Shown: in pieces, positions 38,130 through 50,708 of the stretch
Position numbering within the stretch: position 1 is the first letter of the stretch
How the letters are laid out: each line of letters begins with the position of its first letter
NCBI GenBank assembly: GCA_902786275.1
Contig: CADACC010000001.1
Span: forward strand, 1-60,218
Source: an uncultured Erysipelotrichaceae bacterium
GTDB lineage: Bacteria; Bacillota_I; Bacilli_A; RF39; UBA660
Reading direction: 5' to 3'
DNA: 60,218 bases
Position numbers and translations under genes: made by a program
The notes under the pieces: model-generated
Seen by the model: only the letters and a program-made list of their open reading frames with translations
What the model was told of the DNA's origin: nothing
Databases searched by the model: none

Positions 38130-38699
38130 TTAATCTTCTATTTCTAAAACTAACTCATCATCATTATTAAGTAAAAATGCATTTGCATCATCTGTATCTA
38201 AATGAAGTTCAAAAAAACCATCATCTGATACTTTTGCAAAAGCTTCAATTGTGCCTCTTTTTTCTCCTAGAATATGCACTTTTAATTTATCTTTATCTTT
38301 AACGCCATATTTATTAGCTTCGTTTGTATTAAAGTGTACATGCCGATCGGCTATAATGCATGCATTATCTAACTTTAATGTTGCTTTAGGGGTTCTTATT
38401 GTAATTGATTCAGAATTATCAAGATTACCTGAAGTTCTAACTGGTGGCTTAAGTCCTAGTTTTCGTGCATCATTATTAGATATTTCAACTTGGTCATATT
38501 TTCTAAATGGTCCAACAATTCTTACATTTTTAAATTCATATTTATCAGTTAAAATATCAACTGTTTGATTAGCAGCGAACTGACCAATTTGATGTAAATC
38601 GTTCTTTTTTGTTAATTCTTCATCAAATAACTTTTCATATGTTTCTTTTGTTAAATGAACATGTCTATTTGATATTTGCACTTTAACTTTATGATACAT
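38130..38699 (-). CDS. pduL: Phosphate propanoyl/acetyltransferase PduL
   Basis: SNRHVHL, GQFAA, VRIVGPFR..QVEIS, ADRHVH, ELHLDTDDANA. Confidence 0.93.
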   Translation of the reverse strand: MYHKVKVQISNRHVHLTKETYEKLFDEELTKKNDLHQIGQFAANQTVDILTDKYEFKNVRIVGPFRKYDQVEISNNDARKLGLKPPVRTSGNLDNSESITIRTPKATLKLDNACIIADRHVHFNTNEANKYGVKDKDKLKVHILGEKRGTIEAFAKVSDDGFFELHLDTDDANAFLLNNDDELVLEIED

Positions 38700-38762
38700 A
38701 AATATCCCTCATATTCTATATACATTATAACATAAAAAAATGACAACACAGTTGTCATAATT

Positions 38763-39479
38763 TTATAAATTTACATTGTGATAAATATCTGTTACATCTT
38801 CAATTTCATCAAGTAAATTATAAAGTCTGTTAAATAACTCTAAATCTTCACCTTCAAGAGTAACTTTATTTTTAGCGTACATTCCTATTTCATCAACATC
38901 ATAATCTGGATTTGGTATTATTTTTTCTACTTCTGATTTTAAAGTATTAAATTCAGATGGTGCTACACTCATAAGAACATATCCATCTTCATCTTCAAAA
39001 TCAACAATGTTAATTCCAGCATCTAATAGTTTTTCAAATAATTCTTCACCTTTATCAGTTTTAAGTCCTAGCATTCCTAAGTGATCGTAATTATATGAAA
39101 CACTATTAGTAACACCTAAACTTTTATTCACTTTATTAAATGCAGCCCTAACAAAACCAACCGTTCTATTAACATTATCTGTCATAGTTTTAATAATTAA
39201 AGTAGATGCACCAGGGCCAAAACCTTCATAAGTAATAACTTCGTAGTCTTCTCCTCCAGCACCTTTAGCTTTATCAACTGCTCTATTAATAATATCAGAT
39301 GGAACTTGTTGTTTCTTTGCTTTATCTATTAAGTGTTTTAAATCAATATTGCTATCTGGATCAGGAACCCCTTTTTTTGCAACTATATATATTTCTTTTG
39401 CAAAGTTTGAGTATAATTTAGCTTTAGCAGCTCCTGTTTTAGCAATACTTGCTTTTCTTACTTCATATGCTCTTCCCAT
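38763..39479 (-). CDS. yebC: YebC/PmpR family protein
   Basis: MGRAYEVRK...YEGFGPG...TDNVNRT...EDVTDIYHN. Confidence 0.95.
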   Translation of the reverse strand: MGRAYEVRKASIAKTGAAKAKLYSNFAKEIYIVAKKGVPDPDSNIDLKHLIDKAKKQQVPSDIINRAVDKAKGAGGEDYEVITYEGFGPGASTLIIKTMTDNVNRTVGFVRAAFNKVNKSLGVTNSVSYNYDHLGMLGLKTDKGEELFEKLLDAGINIVDFEDEDGYVLMSVAPSEFNTLKSEVEKIIPNPDYDVDEIGMYAKNKVTLEGEDLELFNRLYNLLDEIEDVTDIYHNVNL

Positions 39480-39534
39480 ATTTACACATCCTTAATTATA
39501 TTTTTATTTTTGCACGAACAATATTATAACTATC

Positions 39535-40479
39535 CTACTTTGTCTTGTCTAGTTTTTCTTTCTTAATAAATGGTTTAGCAAATAACTTTCGAACTTTATA
39601 TCTATTTTTTCTTCTTTTAACTCTCATAAAATATGATTTAATTGAATCGTTTCTGTATGAAAGTAATTCATCTAACTTATCACTATCTTTAAAGTAATAT
39701 GAGTAAAAATTTCTATCAAGTAATAATCTAGATTTGAGATATTCTTTAGTTAAACCAAAATATTTTAGTATTTCATTTGTTAATTCTAGTGCAGTAGTTC
39801 TGCAGTGTTCTCCGCCACCAACATTAAATGTTTTTTTATTAACAAGTTCAATTTTATCAATTGCTCTTGAAAACATATAGGCAACATCATTTTCAGCAAC
39901 TGTTTCAATTTTTGCATTCTTATCAAATGTGAAAATGAAATTATCAGTTATTGGATTACATAATATAACTGGTAATCTATAAATTGAATAATTTTTTAAT
40001 TTCTTTTTAATTATATTTTCAGAATCTAACTTCATTGAACTATAAACATCACTTTGAGTTAGATTTGGAGTTGTAGATACTGAAACAGTATCTTTGTCTT
40101 GTTTACCATATATACTAACGCTTGATGCATATAGTAAATGACAATCAGGATTATAAAAATCTATCATTCTAACAATAGTTTCAGTTCCTTTATAATCTAT
40201 TTCATAAGCTAAATTAGGATTATAGTTTGCAAGATTCATATCTGATGATGCTAAGTGAATAACAAAGTTCATTTCTTTAATTAATGCTTCCATTAATTTA
40301 TCATCAGTAATATCACCATATATGATATTAATTCTTCTTTTATATTTATTTAAATATCTCTTATTTTTTGATGTTTTAATATCAATTGCAGTTATTTCAT
40401 ATTTACCTTCACTTAGTAAATATTTTATGGTTTTTCTTCCAACACTACCTGCAGCTCCAGTAATAAGTATTTTTTTCAT
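39535..40479 (-). CDS. NAD-dependent epimerase/dehydratase (extended SDR)
   Basis: ILITGAAGSVG, VIHLA, YASSVSIYG, YSSMK. Confidence 0.9.
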   Translation of the reverse strand: MKKILITGAAGSVGRKTIKYLLSEGKYEITAIDIKTSKNKRYLNKYKRRINIIYGDITDDKLMEALIKEMNFVIHLASSDMNLANYNPNLAYEIDYKGTETIVRMIDFYNPDCHLLYASSVSIYGKQDKDTVSVSTTPNLTQSDVYSSMKLDSENIIKKKLKNYSIYRLPVILCNPITDNFIFTFDKNAKIETVAENDVAYMFSRAIDKIELVNKKTFNVGGGEHCRTTALELTNEILKYFGLTKEYLKSRLLLDRNFYSYYFKDSDKLDELLSYRNDSIKSYFMRVKRRKNRYKVRKLFAKPFIKKEKLDKTK

Positions 40480-40496
40480 TTAAAACGCCCCTTTAT

Positions 40497-41237
40497 CTAT
40501 AAAAGAATTAATGCAAAGATAATTGCACCAATTAAAATTCCTTCAATAACACCTTTTTCTTTTATATTTCTAGCAGCTTCAATACCAAGTTCATATAAAC
40601 CAATATAAAGCATCATTCCACATGTTATTGATAGAACTAATATGTTAGTAATAACACATAAATCACCAAGTAATAATCCTATAATTGCTCCTATAGTACC
40701 TGATAATATAAGAGCTGCATATTTTTTAATATGATTATCCTTTTGCTCTTTAAAAAAGTATGACATTTCTATGCCTAGTGGAATATTATGTAGTGCAATT
40801 CCGCCAGCCATTAAAAGTGCAGCTTTAAGAGATGCTTTTCCAACTAAATAAAAAGCAATACCTTCAAGCACATTATGAATTAGTACAGATATAAATGTTA
40901 ATAAGCCAATATGATATAAATGGTCTTTATGATCTTTTTTGCTTTCATCATTATGTTTATGTTCATGATGATGATGTGGAACAAAAATATCCATGATAAC
41001 TAGTGAAAATATACCAAGAATCTCGCCTAGTACGGCTACCCATATTTGATTATAATTTGAAGTAAGTTCAAATAACTCTGGAATTATATCAGTAAATAAT
41101 ACAGCCATTATAACCATGAATGCAAGTCCAGTTGCAAAATAAGTCATAAACTTATTTTTTATCTTCTTACTCATTATGAAACCAACTACAAAAGATAGTC
41201 CCATTAAAAGTGATAATAAAATAACTACAAATGACAT
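40497..41237 (-). CDS. ZIP family metal transporter
   Basis: His-rich loop PHHHHEHKH, HNVLEG, IALHNIPLG. Confidence 0.92.
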   Translation of the reverse strand: MSFVVILLSLLMGLSFVVGFIMSKKIKNKFMTYFATGLAFMVIMAVLFTDIIPELFELTSNYNQIWVAVLGEILGIFSLVIMDIFVPHHHHEHKHNDESKKDHKDHLYHIGLLTFISVLIHNVLEGIAFYLVGKASLKAALLMAGGIALHNIPLGIEMSYFFKEQKDNHIKKYAALILSGTIGAIIGLLLGDLCVITNILVLSITCGMMLYIGLYELGIEAARNIKEKGVIEGILIGAIIFALILL

Positions 41238-41311
41238 ATCAACATCTCCTATTAATCCCCTATATTATATCAAATATTATAAATAAAAAAAATATCTATA
41301 AATAGATATTT

Positions 41312-43129
41312 TTAATTTTCAAAATATACTTCATACCATTTTAAGAAACAGTATATTGTCCACACTTTCTTATAATTATCTTTTCTTCCGTTATAGTGAT
41401 TATCTAATAATTTATTAATATGTTTATTATTAAATAATTCTTTTGATATTTCAGTATTAAAAGCTCTCTTAATTTCCTTATAGAAATCTTCTTCCTTCAT
41501 CCAAGCACGAAGAGGAACTGGAAATCCTAATTTCTTCTTCTTATAAGCTTCTGTTGGAACAACTCTTTTAGCAGCATCTCTTAGAGCTACCTTTGTGTTT
41601 TCTTTAGTTACTTTATATGGGAAAGGTAAACTTGATGCATAAGCAAATACTTCCTTATCTATAAATGGAACTCTTCCTTCAAGTGAGTTTGCCATAGTCA
41701 TTCTGTCTGCTTTTTGTAAGATATCTTTGATTAACCAGAAGTTTATATCAATAGCTTGCATTTTTGTTACATTGTCTTTGTCTTTAAATTCATCGTATAC
41801 TTCTTTAGTTATATCACTATTTTTATATTTTGAAGAAACTTTTACAAACTTTTGGGTTTCTCTTTCACTAAATACTTTAGATACTCCAATATAGTTATCT
41901 TCAAGTTTCATACCACGTCTAACTAAAAAATTTATACCCCAAACTTCTGGTAAATGCATACATATTTTAGCGATAGTATGTCTTATAAAATAAGGTACTT
42001 TACTATACCAGCTTAAATCAAATTCATTATGATATGTATTATATCCGCCAAAGAATTCATCTGCTCCTTCACCTGATAAAACAACTTTAACGTCTTTGCT
42101 TGCTAAGTTTGCAACAAAGTAAAGAGCAACAGCAGCTGGATCAGATGTGGGTTCATCTAAATAATACATTATTTTAGGAATAATTTTTAAGTATTCTTCT
42201 TTAGTTATTACTTTACTGGTATTATTAATTTTTAATTCTTTTGTTAAGTTTTTTGCATATTCAATTTCATTATATTTTTTATTTGAATAACCAACAGTAT
42301 AAGTTTTGTCTGGTTTGGCTAAACAAACTAGATATGATGAATCAACACCACTTGATAAAAATGAACCAACTTCAACGTCACTTAACATATGTTTTTCAAC
42401 AGATTCTTTCATTAATTTATCAATATTATTAACACAATTTTCATAAGAATCATCTTTAATATCAAAACTTAAATGATAATATCTATTAGTTTTAACTTTT
42501 CCATCTTTAATTAAAAGTGTAGTTCCAGGATCTACCCTATATACTCCTTTAAATAAAGTTTCTTTAGTAGGTGTAAAACTAAACGATAAATATGGTGAAA
42601 CTAAATCTTTATTAAGTTCTTTTTTAAAGTCTGGATGAACTAATAAACTTTTAATTTCAGATGCAAACATAAATGTATCATTATTCTCATAGTAATACAA
42701 AGGTTTAATACCAAAATTATCTCGTCCTAAAAATAACTCTTTATTTTTAATATCATAGATAGCAAAAGCAAACATACCTCTTAGTTTTTTTGGCATATTC
42801 TCTTTCCACTCTTCATAACCATGAACTAATACTTCAGTATCACATTTTGTCTTAAACTTATGTCCTTTTTTTGTTAATTCATCTTTAAGTTCAATATAGT
42901 TATATATTTCACCATTAAAAACAATAACAACGGATTTATCTTCGTTATAGATTGGTTGATCTCCACCCTTTAAATCAATTATAGATAATCTTCTATGTCC
43001 AAGTGCAATATCATCATCTATATAAAATCCTTCTGCATCTGGACCACGGTGGATAATCTTATCAGTCATACCCTTTATTATTTTTTGTTTATTATCTTTT
43101 TTGTTTATAAATCCTGCTATTCCACACAT
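41312..43129 (-). CDS. asnB: Glutamine-hydrolysing asparagine synthase family amidotransferase
   Basis: MCGIAG, HRGPD, GHRRLSIID, FNGEIYN, LSGEGADE, KKLGFPVP. Confidence 0.96.
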   Translation of the reverse strand: MCGIAGFINKKDNKQKIIKGMTDKIIHRGPDAEGFYIDDDIALGHRRLSIIDLKGGDQPIYNEDKSVVIVFNGEIYNYIELKDELTKKGHKFKTKCDTEVLVHGYEEWKENMPKKLRGMFAFAIYDIKNKELFLGRDNFGIKPLYYYENNDTFMFASEIKSLLVHPDFKKELNKDLVSPYLSFSFTPTKETLFKGVYRVDPGTTLLIKDGKVKTNRYYHLSFDIKDDSYENCVNNIDKLMKESVEKHMLSDVEVGSFLSSGVDSSYLVCLAKPDKTYTVGYSNKKYNEIEYAKNLTKELKINNTSKVITKEEYLKIIPKIMYYLDEPTSDPAAVALYFVANLASKDVKVVLSGEGADEFFGGYNTYHNEFDLSWYSKVPYFIRHTIAKICMHLPEVWGINFLVRRGMKLEDNYIGVSKVFSERETQKFVKVSSKYKNSDITKEVYDEFKDKDNVTKMQAIDINFWLIKDILQKADRMTMANSLEGRVPFIDKEVFAYASSLPFPYKVTKENTKVALRDAAKRVVPTEAYKKKKLGFPVPLRAWMKEEDFYKEIKRAFNTEISKELFNNKHINKLLDNHYNGRKDNYKKVWTIYCFLKWYEVYFEN

Positions 43130-43130
43130 A

Positions 43131-45080
43131 TTAATCTCCTAATATTTTTTGATATACATTATTTCCTATAATTTGACCACTAATTGTAAAACGATTAGCA
43201 ACTTCTATGTTCATGTTATTAACATAGTCTTTGTCAACTTCTACGCCATCTCTTGGAACAAATTTCTTAGAATAAGCGAAATATGTACCTTTATCTGATA
43301 CCCAGCTTCTATTTGAGAAAACAGCAAGTCCAGGATAATCACTTAAGATATCTTTACCAACAATTAATCTTGAATCATAATCAATACCAAATAAATTTAA
43401 AAGTGTCGGTAAAACATCTATTTGAGAACCAACTTTATCTATCTTAATTGGTTTTTCCATTTTGTTATTCCATATAATTAAATTACTTCTATTTACTTCA
43501 ACAATACCATCACGTTTATATGAACTTAATTCATTTATTTCATCAGTTGTTAAAGTATAAGGATAATGATCTCCAGTTATAACAATAACAGTATCATCAA
43601 GCTTTCCAGCTGCTTCTAAATTATCAATTAGAGCTTTAACTGCTTTATCAAATTCAATTTGAGATGCAACATAAGCTTTAGGTTTTTCAGATACTTTAAG
43701 ATCTTTTACAGCATTTTTGTTTCTAACTGACATTGAATTTCCGCCACCAAAATTATATGGTGCATGACCACTTACAGATATATAGAATGTCATAAAATGA
43801 TCAGAACTTGTATATTTAGGTGTTGTAACGTTTATTAAATCAACATCACTAGGTAACCATTTACAAGACATTTCTTTTTCAAGACCATTATGGCATCCAG
43901 TATATTTTTCATATCCTAAAGTTTTCATTGTTTTATTTCTCTCATAATATGAATATGTCCAGTCATGGAAGGCATTTACATCATACCCTAACTGATTAAA
44001 CTGATGTCCTAAAGAGTAACTTATTTTAGGTTGTTTACCTTTCCAATCTTTTAGTATTGCTTGTGTTGGTATTAAACCTGTAGTAGCTTGGAACTCTCCA
44101 CCAGTTGTTGATAAGAATACTGGTGAATAATAATTATTAAACACAAATCCATTATTTGATAGTTTATAAAGAGTTGGTGTTAATTCTTCACTAACAGCTA
44201 TACTATTGAATCCCTCAGCTAGAATAAATACTAAATTTTTTCCTTTGAAATAACCAGTATAATCATTTTGATTAGATGGATTTGTTGATCCAAAATATTC
44301 ATATAAACTTTTTAATGTTTTATTGCTTTCATTTTGTGCTAATTGATTAAAATCTATTTCAGAAACGTTATATTTTATTTTCTTTTCTTTATCATCAACT
44401 ACAACTTTCATGCCATTAGTTCCTCTTACAACTAACTTTTCTTCAAAACCAAATATAACACGTTTAATATCAAGTCTTGTTTGAGTTAATAAACCTAATT
44501 TCTCAATTGTTTTTTCTGGAGCATTTACCTTGTAATATAAACTATGAGCTGAATATAGTTTTTCTTTTCCTGGTTGCATTGCAATAAATGTTAAAAGTAC
44601 CAATATTAAAAATACTACTAATCCAGTAATTCTAACAGGTCGTATAAGTTTATAAAAACGAATAGTTCTTTTTAAAAGCATTATAATTATAAGTGGAGTT
44701 GATAACAAAAGTATTGGAAAAAAATAATTTTTAATAGCTTCAAAAATTATATTAGTAAAATCAGCTGCTTGATTTGCAAGGCCAAGGGTATTAAATGAAA
44801 AAGTAACACTGAATAAACGATAAAATATGTATTGAAATAAATATAAAAAAGTAATTAAAAAAATACTTATATAAAAAATAATCTTACTTATTTTTTCACG
44901 AAATAAATTTGTTATTAGTGATAATAACATAATTATTGGCATTGAAAAAATAAATGTATAAAGTATATTTATAAAGCTAATTTCATGAAACATTAAAGCT
45001 TTAAATATTAGTTCTAATGATAATATTAAAAATGTATATAAATACAAAGTATTACTCTTTGAATTAAGTATTTTTTTCAT
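43131..45080 (-). CDS. LTA synthase family (LtaS-like, sulfatase fold) membrane protein
   Basis: N-terminal TM bundle, KGKNLVFILAE, TPTLYKL, TTGGEF, SGHAPY, GDHYPY, SQIDVLPT. Confidence 0.9.
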   Translation of the reverse strand: MKKILNSKSNTLYLYTFLILSLELIFKALMFHEISFINILYTFIFSMPIIMLLSLITNLFREKISKIIFYISIFLITFLYLFQYIFYRLFSVTFSFNTLGLANQAADFTNIIFEAIKNYFFPILLLSTPLIIIMLLKRTIRFYKLIRPVRITGLVVFLILVLLTFIAMQPGKEKLYSAHSLYYKVNAPEKTIEKLGLLTQTRLDIKRVIFGFEEKLVVRGTNGMKVVVDDKEKKIKYNVSEIDFNQLAQNESNKTLKSLYEYFGSTNPSNQNDYTGYFKGKNLVFILAEGFNSIAVSEELTPTLYKLSNNGFVFNNYYSPVFLSTTGGEFQATTGLIPTQAILKDWKGKQPKISYSLGHQFNQLGYDVNAFHDWTYSYYERNKTMKTLGYEKYTGCHNGLEKEMSCKWLPSDVDLINVTTPKYTSSDHFMTFYISVSGHAPYNFGGGNSMSVRNKNAVKDLKVSEKPKAYVASQIEFDKAVKALIDNLEAAGKLDDTVIVITGDHYPYTLTTDEINELSSYKRDGIVEVNRSNLIIWNNKMEKPIKIDKVGSQIDVLPTLLNLFGIDYDSRLIVGKDILSDYPGLAVFSNRSWVSDKGTYFAYSKKFVPRDGVEVDKDYVNNMNIEVANRFTISGQIIGNNVYQKILGD

Positions 45081-45153
45081 TTTTTACAACCACTTTCTAT
45101 TACTTATTATAACATATCTAATGTTATATATTAACAAAAAAAGAAGAAGTTTT

Positions 45154-46032
45154 TTACTTCTTCTTTTTAACTTGTTCTTCTTCATTTATTATATTTATTT
45201 TGCTTGTTTTTTCAAGTTCTTCTTCTTCAACTTTATGGTTCATAGCAATACCAATTGTAAGTATATATGCTAGAAGTAAGAACCAAAGCATTAAAACGAT
45301 AATATTTGCAAGGCCTCCATAAAAGATATCATATTTGGCATAGTGAGATATGTAGTAGCTATAGACATAAGTTGCAAGTACCCATCCAAATGTTGTAAAG
45401 ATTGCACCTTTATTTGTATATCTACTTTCAATCCTTTTGTCTGGTGCCATTGTATAAATCATTTTAATAAATATAAACATAATAAACCATGTGATTGGTC
45501 CTCTGATAAAATTAAATACTGCTAGTATTTTATCAGTAACTGATTGATTCATATTAACATATGCAATCATTTCAGTAATCTTTCGGCCTAATACTGGAAC
45601 TGTTATCATAAATATAAATAATAGAATAATGATTAAAGTCATTACAAAAGCTTTTATTCTACGTTTTAGGAATGGAGTATTTTCAACACCATATATTGTA
45701 TTAGATGTAACAATAAGTGATGCTGCCCCATTTGATGCAAAGTAATAACCAATTAAGATTGTAATAATATATTTAATTCCAAGTCCATGAGTTGGATTAA
45801 CAATTAAAACACTCGCAACATTTTTACTAAACGCTTCTGAAATAAAATTATATATTACATCAGTTGAAAGATTTAAGATTCCAGCTCCATAACCAATTAA
45901 TGTGATTGTTGGAACAATTGAAAGCACAAAGAAGAAAGCTAGTTGTCCAGGAAGCACAAGCATTTCTGGTTTAAACAAAGCCGCTTTAAAATTCTTAAAA
46001 AACAATTTTACTCTCTTCTTTAGTTTTTTCAA
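45154..46032 (-). CDS. YihY/virulence factor BrkB family membrane protein
   Basis: LAFFFVLSIVP, YDIFYGGLANIIVLMLW. Confidence 0.9.
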   Translation of the reverse strand: MKKLKKRVKLFFKNFKAALFKPEMLVLPGQLAFFFVLSIVPTITLIGYGAGILNLSTDVIYNFISEAFSKNVASVLIVNPTHGLGIKYIITILIGYYFASNGAASLIVTSNTIYGVENTPFLKRRIKAFVMTLIIILLFIFMITVPVLGRKITEMIAYVNMNQSVTDKILAVFNFIRGPITWFIMFIFIKMIYTMAPDKRIESRYTNKGAIFTTFGWVLATYVYSYYISHYAKYDIFYGGLANIIVLMLWFLLLAYILTIGIAMNHKVEEEELEKTSKINIINEEEQVKKKK

Positions 46033-48047
46033 TTCTTAACCTCTTTACTTTTCTGTTTTTGTTTTTTCATATCTTCGATTGCTTCATTGATAGCATCTTC
46101 GATAGTTTTAATATCATCAGTAATCATACTATAACCAATTGCAGCTCCATATTCATATGGTAACTTTTTAAGTTCTTTAGTTAATTTGTGAATATAGTTT
46201 ACAATATGTTTTTGTTGATATCCAACTAGATATATTAAGAACTCATTACCATTAGTTCTCATTACATCAGAATTATCTAATTGAGTCTTAATTAAAATAT
46301 TTGCAAGGGCAGTTATTTGTCTATCCCCTGCTTCGTAACCCTTAGTATCATTTAAATACGCAATATTATTTAAATCTAGAACAATTAAAGTTTGTGGATA
46401 AACTTTATTATTATTCCATACTTCCATATTTTCTGATAAGTAGTTACGGTTTTTTAGACTTGTTAATAAGTCTATATATTTCATTTTTTCATCGTTTCTA
46501 ATCTTTTTAGCAACAATTATTCTTCTAGTTTTCTTATAAATAAATGTCATAAATAATGCAGCTAACGCAACTATTATTAATAGATATTTAGCAATCTTAG
46601 CAAGAATTTCACCATGAGCAACTGTGCTTGCATGATTTTCAATTCCTCTATATTTAATTACTTCAGGATCAAGTGTTGATATAAATGCTCCTAATAAAGT
46701 CTTAAATGTTTTTTGATTTCTTACTTTAAATGAATATGATTCATTTATATCAAATGTGTATCTTGATTCATATTTCTTAAATTTATTTTTGTGATAATAA
46801 TTAAATACTGTATGGTCAAGTGCAATTAATAAATCTTTATCTCTTAATCTTTCTAAGTCTCTTTGAGAACCATAGTAGATAATATTAGCATTAGAATTCT
46901 TTACAAGAAAATCTGCAATTTTACTTCCCTTTTGAACATAAACATCTTTTCCTCTTAATGAGTCTAAACTGTTAATAACATTCTTGTTTGAATTCTTAGC
47001 AATTATGTCTGCTTTAATGGCATAATATGAATTTGTTTTTTCAAACGCATCATCAAAATTATAGTAGTCATAATATAAATCCATTTTTCCAGATTTAATT
47101 GCGTCTTTAAATTTTTCAGAATTTTTATATTTTTCAAAATTAAATTCAATATCTGCAAAATCAGAGAATTCCTTTAAATAAACAGCAACGATACCACCAA
47201 AATTTCCACCAGTTATAACTTCATATGGATTTTGGTTAACTAGGCCATAATTATAAGTTTTTGATCTTAACTTATCAATATCTGTATCGCTTATTTTAAG
47301 TGCATTTACAAATGTGTTAAACTCATTATCATAAAATACTTCATTAAAGTATTTCTTCTTCCAATTATTAAAATATTTTTTAATAATTGAACTTAAATGG
47401 TCATTTTTTTCTCCATCAAAGAAGAAATAATATTTTATATCACTTAAGTGATAACTTACAACATAATTATTAGATAAAATCTTATCTATATCTCTAATAA
47501 TTGGTACAATAATGAAATCAACATTATTATCTTTAAAAGCCTCATAAAGTTTATCAATATTTTCATATGTAGTTATATCCATTGATTTAACATAAGGACT
47601 AATTTCATCTTTTTCATCATTTAAAATTCCAGCTTTTTTTCCAGAAAAACTATCAAGACTTGAATACACTAAATTTTCTTTACCAACAATTACATAGTGG
47701 TCTTCATAAAATATAGTTGAACCTTTTTTTGCTTTTATTCCAGCATTAAAAGATATTCCAGTTGGCTTTTCGCCTTGAAGGAATGTTACTGGATTAACTT
47801 CAATTCTATATTCAGTTTGGAAATCACGAATAAAGTCATAGAACACACCAGATCCATTATCACCAAATACATTTACGTTATTTATAATGTTAATGTTTTG
47901 AACTGTGTTTAAATTGCTAGCTACCCATTTTTTCTCATCTCTAGATAATTTATTTTCATCAGAGAAAAATAAATAACCTGCTATAACCACAATAAGAAGA
48001 GCTATCGCACTTCCTATAATTGTGAATAATTTTTTCTTATCTTTCAT
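46029..48047 (-). CDS. Membrane sensor with external solute-binding-protein-like domains and a degenerate GGDEF domain
   Basis: Two TMs; YIDLLTSLKNR, DLNN..YLNDTKGYEAGD, signature reads RTNGNEF. Confidence 0.85.
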   Translation of the reverse strand: MKDKKKLFTIIGSAIALLIVVIAGYLFFSDENKLSRDEKKWVASNLNTVQNINIINNVNVFGDNGSGVFYDFIRDFQTEYRIEVNPVTFLQGEKPTGISFNAGIKAKKGSTIFYEDHYVIVGKENLVYSSLDSFSGKKAGILNDEKDEISPYVKSMDITTYENIDKLYEAFKDNNVDFIIVPIIRDIDKILSNNYVVSYHLSDIKYYFFFDGEKNDHLSSIIKKYFNNWKKKYFNEVFYDNEFNTFVNALKISDTDIDKLRSKTYNYGLVNQNPYEVITGGNFGGIVAVYLKEFSDFADIEFNFEKYKNSEKFKDAIKSGKMDLYYDYYNFDDAFEKTNSYYAIKADIIAKNSNKNVINSLDSLRGKDVYVQKGSKIADFLVKNSNANIIYYGSQRDLERLRDKDLLIALDHTVFNYYHKNKFKKYESRYTFDINESYSFKVRNQKTFKTLLGAFISTLDPEVIKYRGIENHASTVAHGEILAKIAKYLLIIVALAALFMTFIYKKTRRIIVAKKIRNDEKMKYIDLLTSLKNRNYLSENMEVWNNNKVYPQTLIVLDLNNIAYLNDTKGYEAGDRQITALANILIKTQLDNSDVMRTNGNEFLIYLVGYQQKHIVNYIHKLTKELKKLPYEYGAAIGYSMITDDIKTIEDAINEAIEDMKKQKQKSKEVKN

Positions 48048-48061
48048 TTATAATCACTACC

Positions 48062-48526
48062 TTACTTAGATTCAACAGGTGTATTGTTATTCCAGAATAA
48101 GCCATTACCAGATGCATTTCTCGCTCCCATTAATACCGTATCTCCAATATTAATTGTAAAATTAATATCGTATGTTTCTTTAACGGGATCAGATAATTTT
48201 TCTAGTGATGTATCGATTATTTTTTTTGCATCATCTAGTTTTATGTCATTTTTAAATGTTACACTAATCATTAATGTTTTATGATTAACTCTAAATCTAA
48301 CCTTTGATACACTACTATTATCTTCAAGTGATTTAATGTAAGCGTTTTGTTCTTTTTCTGTAATCTTAGTTTTCATGTTATCAAAACGATTTCCGTATAC
48401 AGATTTTTTTGTACCTACAAAATATGTAAGAACGACAACAATAATAGCTATTAAACATACTAAAAGAATAGCTCCAAGTATCATTAATATCTTATTATTT
48501 TTCCATAAATTTTTTAATTTTTTCAT
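48062..48526 (-). CDS. Hypothetical membrane-anchored protein
   Basis: N-terminal TM followed by YGNRF; GAGGTG SD. Confidence 0.75.
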   Translation of the reverse strand: MKKLKNLWKNNKILMILGAILLVCLIAIIVVVLTYFVGTKKSVYGNRFDNMKTKITEKEQNAYIKSLEDNSSVSKVRFRVNHKTLMISVTFKNDIKLDDAKKIIDTSLEKLSDPVKETYDINFTINIGDTVLMGARNASGNGLFWNNNTPVESK

Positions 48527-48619
48527 ATCTACACCTCATTTTTTTAGGTAAAATAATTATACTACATTTACATATATTTATCAATTAAGTTATGCAAAAT
48601 AAAGGGTGGATAATCAATA

Positions 48620-50698
<2,079 letters not shown>

Positions 50699-50708
50699 TT
50701 ACTCATTT

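Noticed and set aside
48603-48612. DnaA-box-like GGTGGATAA
   Set aside because: Single imperfect copy, no cluster and no origin context.
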